Source: a virus (taxonomy: Duplodnaviria > Caudoviricetes). From it: 64,000 nucleotides of DNA. The stretch lies in IMG/VR virus record IMGVR_UViG_3300009314_000001. One strand, given 5' to 3'. The position numbers and the translations under genes are program-made. Positions 59,708-64,000 of the stretch are shown here, in pieces. Each line of letters opens with the position of its first letter. Within the stretch, counting starts at the first letter, position 1. The notes under the pieces were generated by a model. It had not been told where the DNA came from. It made no database searches and worked only from the letters and a program-made list of their open reading frames with translations.

Positions 59708-59782
59708 TTGACATACCCCAGATATATCTTTGTGAATAATTATTTAACAAGGCTACATGTATTATCACAACGGAGGGCTAAA

Positions 59783-60415
59783 ATGAACGAACAGATGCAA
59801 ATTACGGTTATCTCTTATATTCCTTTGTTGACCGGTAGAGCAGGTGAGATCCTAAGTCCGGAAGACTTCAATGAAGACAGATTCAAGGATTGTCATCCCG
59901 GCAACGTAGAAGCGTGCTTATGGGCACAAATCAGCGAAGAAGAAGGTGTGGTACCTGTCTTCGTATTGGACCGAGCCCATGAAGTAGCAGATCATTTAGT
60001 AGAGTGGGCTGAGAATGATTTAGATAGATGGTTCGCTCTATGTTTCCAAGAACGTGGTGATCTATACACAGCACTTTTAATGCCAAATATCGATGAATCT
60101 ATTAGGCGATTCAAACAAGCCCAAATGATAATCAATAGGTCAAAACCGCCAGAAGACGCAAAATATACAGCGATCTTTCATCCATTGAAATTTACGTCTC
60201 AATCTGAAAACACATTCAAAAAGGTACGCGACAGAATCAGGGATAGATCAAACGTCGGTTTCTTAGATATCACTGATATCGATAAAGATAACCCACTAGA
60301 TATTAATGAAGAAGATATTAAGAGTATTGGGCCATTTAATGTATGTTGGGACAGTACTGTATTTGGTCTTAATATAGAAAATTTATGCTTTGAAGATGAA
60401 GAAGAGGCCACCTAG
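59783..60415 (+). CDS. Hypothetical protein
   Basis: GGAGG RBS before ATG 59783 (track start 59708). Confidence 0.65.
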   Translation: MNEQMQITVISYIPLLTGRAGEILSPEDFNEDRFKDCHPGNVEACLWAQISEEEGVVPVFVLDRAHEVADHLVEWAENDLDRWFALCFQERGDLYTALLMPNIDESIRRFKQAQMIINRSKPPEDAKYTAIFHPLKFTSQSENTFKKVRDRIRDRSNVGFLDITDIDKDNPLDINEEDIKSIGPFNVCWDSTVFGLNIENLCFEDEEEAT

Positions 60416-60517
60416 ACGATTTGCACGTCTGACCCCCAGGTTCCCCTAGTGCTCTGGACTACCTCGTAGAGGTAATACCCCTACATTGGCTCCCCGAAGG
60501 GCTGAGCTAAAGTGGCC
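60406..60517 (-). ncRNA. tRNA-like RNA lacking an anticodon loop, with expanded D-loop
   Basis: G-GCCACTT TA GCTC AG[45 nt]A GAGC A CTAGG GGAA CCTGG GGGTC AGACG TGCAAAT CGTCT AGGTGGC-C. All four cloverleaf stems pair. Confidence 0.7.
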
Positions 60518-60522
60518 ACAAA

Positions 60523-60771
60523 TTATGCTTTTGTCTTCTCTTTTGCTTTCGCTGCACGAGCCTTAACTCTCTCAATTTTGCCTAAAGCGAATTCATGAGC
60601 TTGGCGGAGCGAATCAACTGCTTTCTTACATTTCTCATAATTTGGAGTGATTTTTGCCAATTTGGCTTCACTCGCAGTTAACTTCTTCTTGATTTTTTCG
60701 GCTCGTGCAGTTAGCCTAGCAATCTTTTCATCTGGAGTTTGTGGTTGTTTACTCTGTTCTTTCTTTGCCAT
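60523..60771 (-). CDS. Small Lys/Ala-rich basic coiled-coil protein
   Basis: 82 aa; CAAATCTA upstream. Ends 6 nt before the tRNA-like RNA. Confidence 0.65.
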   Translation of the reverse strand: MAKKEQSKQPQTPDEKIARLTARAEKIKKKLTASEAKLAKITPNYEKCKKAVDSLRQAHEFALGKIERVKARAAKAKEKTKA

Positions 60772-60891
60772 TTTTGTACCTATATTGATATTGCCACACG
60801 GACGCTTTGATTTTATTTAGATTTGATTATGCGAAGATGAATATAAGTATTCCAACAACTGTCATAAATAGTGCGTAGTAGAATAACCCTA

Positions 60892-61179
60892 TCATCTCAA
60901 TGCAGCCTCTAACCATCCGCAATTATAGGCGGCTTCATGTAAAAACCAATCGTACCCATGCCTAGATGGATCACAGGTACGATTAGTTCGTGCGTCCTTA
61001 TAACCCTTTTCGAATGGGCCACGTATTCCTGGTAATTCCAGGGGTGCCCAATCGTCACACGTTAGGTTTGATGCGAACTGAAGCTCTGGCTGGCGGTGTC
61101 TTCTTGACTTCTTCTTTAGCCACCCCTTTGTCCAGAAGCTTCTGGCGCAATTCAGGAACTGTTTTAAGGCGTTCTTCAT
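60892..61179 (-). CDS. Possible small protein with RMF-like C-terminal pattern
   Basis: FEKGYKDA..AYNCGWLEA. Overlaps the next ORF by about 125 bp; start unclear. Confidence 0.3.
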   Translation of the reverse strand: MKNALKQFLNCARSFWTKGWLKKKSRRHRQPELQFASNLTCDDWAPLELPGIRGPFEKGYKDARTNRTCDPSRHGYDWFLHEAAYNCGWLEAALR

Positions 61180-61396
61180 CGAACGTTAACACCACTTTCT
61201 CACTGCCTTGTCGTGGCTCAGTGACATCAATTTTGCCGAGACCTTCGACAGTAATATTCATCTTCTTACCGTTAGCCAGATCACGAAGTTCTTCCTTTTT
61301 CGCGTCCAACTTATCAGCAAGTTCTTGGGACTGGATTTGTAATTCCAGTGCTTCCTTTGCAAGATCCTGACCAATATCGGTTACAGCGGTACTCAT
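61055..61396 (-). CDS. Hypothetical protein
   Basis: GGAGG RBS before MSTAV (ATG 61396). Confidence 0.65.
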   Translation of the reverse strand: MSTAVTDIGQDLAKEALELQIQSQELADKLDAKKEELRDLANGKKMNITVEGLGKIDVTEPRQGSEKVVLTFDEERLKTVPELRQKLLDKGVAKEEVKKTPPARASVRIKPNV

Positions 61397-61417
61397 AACA
61401 ACCTCCGTAAATACCAT

Positions 61418-61720
61418 ATGCTAAAACAAACGCGGCGGGTAACCACTCTCTTCCTCCAGGAGCTCCCAGAACAAGTAGAGTACTTTGATGCATATATGTA
61501 CGTAATGGTAGATCGTAAACCAGATAAAATAGTATCTGGAGCACAGTTTGGTACTGAAGTCAGAATTAATCCGTGTGTGCTAGACTGGGAGAAAAAGACT
61601 ATAACGATGACTATTCCAAAAGATATAAATGAAGGTATTGATAGCTGGGATGATCTAGATCCAAATTTCTATGAAGCTGTCGAAGCAGCCTTTCTAGCAT
61701 TAATCAAAAGTTGTCTTTAG
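61418..61720 (+). CDS. Hypothetical protein
   Basis: 100 aa. Confidence 0.5.
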   Translation: MLKQTRRVTTLFLQELPEQVEYFDAYMYVMVDRKPDKIVSGAQFGTEVRINPCVLDWEKKTITMTIPKDINEGIDSWDDLDPNFYEAVEAAFLALIKSCL

Positions 61721-61955
61721 AAAAGAACTTATTGACTTCACGCCACATCTCGTCAATCGCTTTAACATGCTTATTATATCTCTTTCTAATATCCTTTGGC
61801 ATCCATTCCTTTGGGCCTTCATATATTAACTTGCCATTCTCTTTTATATTGACCCAACTACCATGTGTTTCACACGTCCATTCATGTTTCCTAAGTCCAA
61901 ATATTTCGCGTATCCTACCGAAAGCTCCTCTCAGGGATAGCTTTGAAATCTTCAT
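61704..61955 (-). CDS. Hypothetical protein
   Basis: 83 aa. Confidence 0.5.
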   Translation of the reverse strand: MKISKLSLRGAFGRIREIFGLRKHEWTCETHGSWVNIKENGKLIYEGPKEWMPKDIRKRYNKHVKAIDEMWREVNKFFSKDNF

Positions 61956-62277
61956 ATGACATCCTCAGCATCCAAACATTATCTGTAACTACTCTAAATT
62001 TGTGAGTAATCCCAGACATGTCAGTTATAGTTACTAATCGCCCTAGATGCCTAGTACCATCAGATAATACTATACAAGTACTCGGATTACAACGCGACTC
62101 AAAAACAATAGCAACATCTATCCCAGGTTCTTCAAATCCATAATCAGCTAAATAAATATCACGATCAATTATAGAACGTACCGCAAAGTATTGAAATTCT
62201 GTGTTAGGAAATAAATATGGATCATTATGATGGTATGGATCGGTTAGGTATGGATCGTTCATTATATCTACTAGCAA
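61915..62277 (-). CDS. Hypothetical protein
   Basis: 120 aa; start probably MNDPY (62262). Confidence 0.5.
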   Translation of the reverse strand: MLVDIMNDPYLTDPYHHNDPYLFPNTEFQYFAVRSIIDRDIYLADYGFEEPGIDVAIVFESRCNPSTCIVLSDGTRHLGRLVTITDMSGITHKFRVVTDNVWMLRMSYEDFKAIPERSFR

Positions 62278-63067
62278 CTTTATAGTATCTTAATGGTCTA
62301 GGTCCATACAAACTTTGTTCTCCAGGACCGGCAATTCCAGAAGCAGCATAATGCCAAAAGGTCGTGGTCAACAATGGTGTAGCCCTACGAGCCAAATACA
62401 GAGCAATCAACCTCTCAAACATATGTGGTGTCCAAAAACCAATATCACGTAACCTAAGATTCCTAGCTATTCTAGCAAGCTTATCACCAAGATAATCAAA
62501 AGTAGCTCTAGTACAAAGAAATTGATGTGAGTAAATCAACCTTGGTTGAATATCCATAGCCCAATCATGTATATCGGCATCATATTCCTTCATAATCTCC
62601 CACACACTAATCTGATCATCAAAAAGATGTCTAAAGAACGGATCATAATTGGGAGTACAATATACCTCTTCCGGTATCACCCAATCGTCCCATATACCAA
62701 TATATCTCGACGGTGCTGTTAGTCCAATCGCTCGTAATTCATCCTCTCGAAGCCATTTATTCAATTTTCTCCAGGTCTCACCCGCCTTAAAGTGTATACC
62801 TATATCAGCATGCATGATAGCAACATCATCGTTACCTATAAGATTATCCGCATGCTCCCAAATAGTAAGAATAACAGATGTTTCGAACAAACCAGAATTC
62901 CAAGAAGCATACGTGGGAAAGAAATCATTAGATTCTGACAAATCCGCATTCTTTACTTTAGTAGTACCACATGCAATCCTCCTAGCATTTACAATCTGGC
63001 TCCTAAATGCCTTCTTAGAAATAATGTCAGTCGACTGTGGATGACAGAGTAAAAATGCTTGAATCAT
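62225..63067 (-). CDS. Putative glycosyltransferase-like protein (DUF4422-like)
   Basis: FETSVILTIWEH, IMHAD (DxD-like), HQFLC, FERLIALY. Confidence 0.45.
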   Translation of the reverse strand: MIQAFLLCHPQSTDIISKKAFRSQIVNARRIACGTTKVKNADLSESNDFFPTYASWNSGLFETSVILTIWEHADNLIGNDDVAIMHADIGIHFKAGETWRKLNKWLREDELRAIGLTAPSRYIGIWDDWVIPEEVYCTPNYDPFFRHLFDDQISVWEIMKEYDADIHDWAMDIQPRLIYSHQFLCTRATFDYLGDKLARIARNLRLRDIGFWTPHMFERLIALYLARRATPLLTTTFWHYAASGIAGPGEQSLYGPRPLRYYKVASRYNERSIPNRSIPS

Positions 63068-63082
63068 AATAAAATCTACAGT

Positions 63083-63922
63083 ATGAAATTAAGATTAATA
63101 GTTGAATACAAAGCAGTAACCCTGACAAAAGGGTTAATAGCACACTTCAAGAATGTGTTAGAGCCTATATTACCAAAGTTATCACGTATCAAAGACATCA
63201 GATCTATAATTAGGTACATAAACGCCGCATTCGAAAAACAACCATTCCAAGACCGTAGGATCGTTTTTAATATACCAAGTAAAGAAGACCTCGTAGACCC
63301 ATACCCGGAAGCTATAATACAAGGTAATGTAGATCCAGATAATCTCATTATTAATCTAACACCAGGTAAAATATTTATCGAAGCAATTCGAAATCAAGAT
63401 ATTGGGCCAATTCTTGCAAGTGTTAGGACCATTATAGGGCATGAAGACACACATGTTCAACAATTCGGTAATAAAGATTCCAAATTATCCAAAAACCTGA
63501 CTAATGAGAAACACTGGAAAGCACTAGAAGAACTTGTAGGCGAGAATGGTGCTAAATTCTCTAGTATGATGTATGATGATCCATCTAGCCTAGATGATCA
63601 ACCAGCTATAAGAAAGATGATATCACAAAGGTACTATATTAACCTATCAGAATTGCCATCACACGCATATTCAGCAGTAGCAGAACTAGTCAATAGTGTA
63701 AAGAAAGAAATGCCAAACGCTAGACCACAAGAAGTACTACAAACAACTGACAAACTAATTAGGACACTAAAGGATGACCCCACAAATAAAACAGTCGCTA
63801 ATGCATCCAAAGCAGTGAAATTATATACACAAGGCGTCGCCAAGGATTTTCCAAAAGCTGTACCAAGCTTTATCAAGATGATGGGGCAGACATTACGAAA
63901 ATTAAGAGAAGAATTCTTCTAA
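63083..63922 (+). CDS. Hypothetical protein with HExxH zincin-like motif
   Basis: IIGHEDTHVQQ and downstream YYINLSELPSHA. Start MKLRLIVE. Confidence 0.55.
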   Translation: MKLRLIVEYKAVTLTKGLIAHFKNVLEPILPKLSRIKDIRSIIRYINAAFEKQPFQDRRIVFNIPSKEDLVDPYPEAIIQGNVDPDNLIINLTPGKIFIEAIRNQDIGPILASVRTIIGHEDTHVQQFGNKDSKLSKNLTNEKHWKALEELVGENGAKFSSMMYDDPSSLDDQPAIRKMISQRYYINLSELPSHAYSAVAELVNSVKKEMPNARPQEVLQTTDKLIRTLKDDPTNKTVANASKAVKLYTQGVAKDFPKAVPSFIKMMGQTLRKLREEFF

Positions 63923-64000
63923 TGCGACTATCATTAATTACAGACGATACTACCAGACGCGACTTCTTAAAAAGAGAAAAGAACGGGAAGAAGCAGACCG
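63922..64000 (+). CDS. Partial ORF running off the window
   Basis: TAATG coupling; MRLSLITDDTTRRDFLKREK... Confidence 0.45.
   Translation, partial: MRLSLITDDTTRRDFLKREKNGKKQT

Noticed and set aside
60406-60517. Canonical or intron-containing tRNA, tmRNA or Y RNA
   Set aside because: The anticodon stem has a 4-nt loop with no U33 or anticodon. There is no G3:U70 pair or tag ORF, and the topology is not YrlA-like.
63950-63980. Tat signal (TRRDFLK)
   Set aside because: It is followed by charged residues rather than a hydrophobic stretch, and the ORF is truncated by the window edge.
1-64000. Alternative genetic code (stop-codon reassignment)
   Set aside because: Long conserved genes (sheath, tape measure, nrdJ, ligA) are uninterrupted in code 11, and TAG, TGA and TAA all act as stops.

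Overview
This window is a 64-kb slice of a large (jumbo-type), T4-like myovirus genome in the standard genetic code. It is densely coding and mostly on the minus strand. The tail/neck morphogenesis module comprises gp13/gp14/gp15-like neck proteins, a sheath, three tail-tube paralogs, gp26/gp51-like chaperones, a 1543-aa tape measure, gp48/54-, gp53-, gp27-, gp5-, gp25- and gp6-like baseplate proteins, and a probable fibre cassette with HTTD repeats. Replication and transcription genes include a UvsW-like helicase, a gp55-like sigma factor, a class II ribonucleotide reductase (nrdJ) with a Gln-terminated LAGLIDADG intein, a primase, an NAD-dependent ligase and a HAD nucleotidase. There are five free-standing homing endonuclease genes and several host-like genes (gmd, a cupin, a TAXI-type solute-binding protein, DUF2585, a thioredoxin-fold protein, a papain-like protease and a lipoprotein). 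The most unusual observations are: (i) a ~112-nt tRNA-shaped RNA with an expanded D-loop and a GNRA tetraloop in place of the anticodon loop (60406-60517, minus strand); (ii) a receiver-domain / holin-like / Cache-GAF-PAS sensor cassette with no kinase; (iii) a recurring upstream motif CAAANNTA that behaves like a late promoter and sits inside a translation-blocking hairpin before an HNH gene; (iv) endonuclease insertions flanked by duplicated start-codon regions; and (v) a 28-bp tandem duplication and a -1 frameshift that each break a gene. No canonical tRNA, rRNA or CRISPR array was found. All family calls come from motif recognition by eye, not database searches. A Planctomycetota-like host is only a weak inference.
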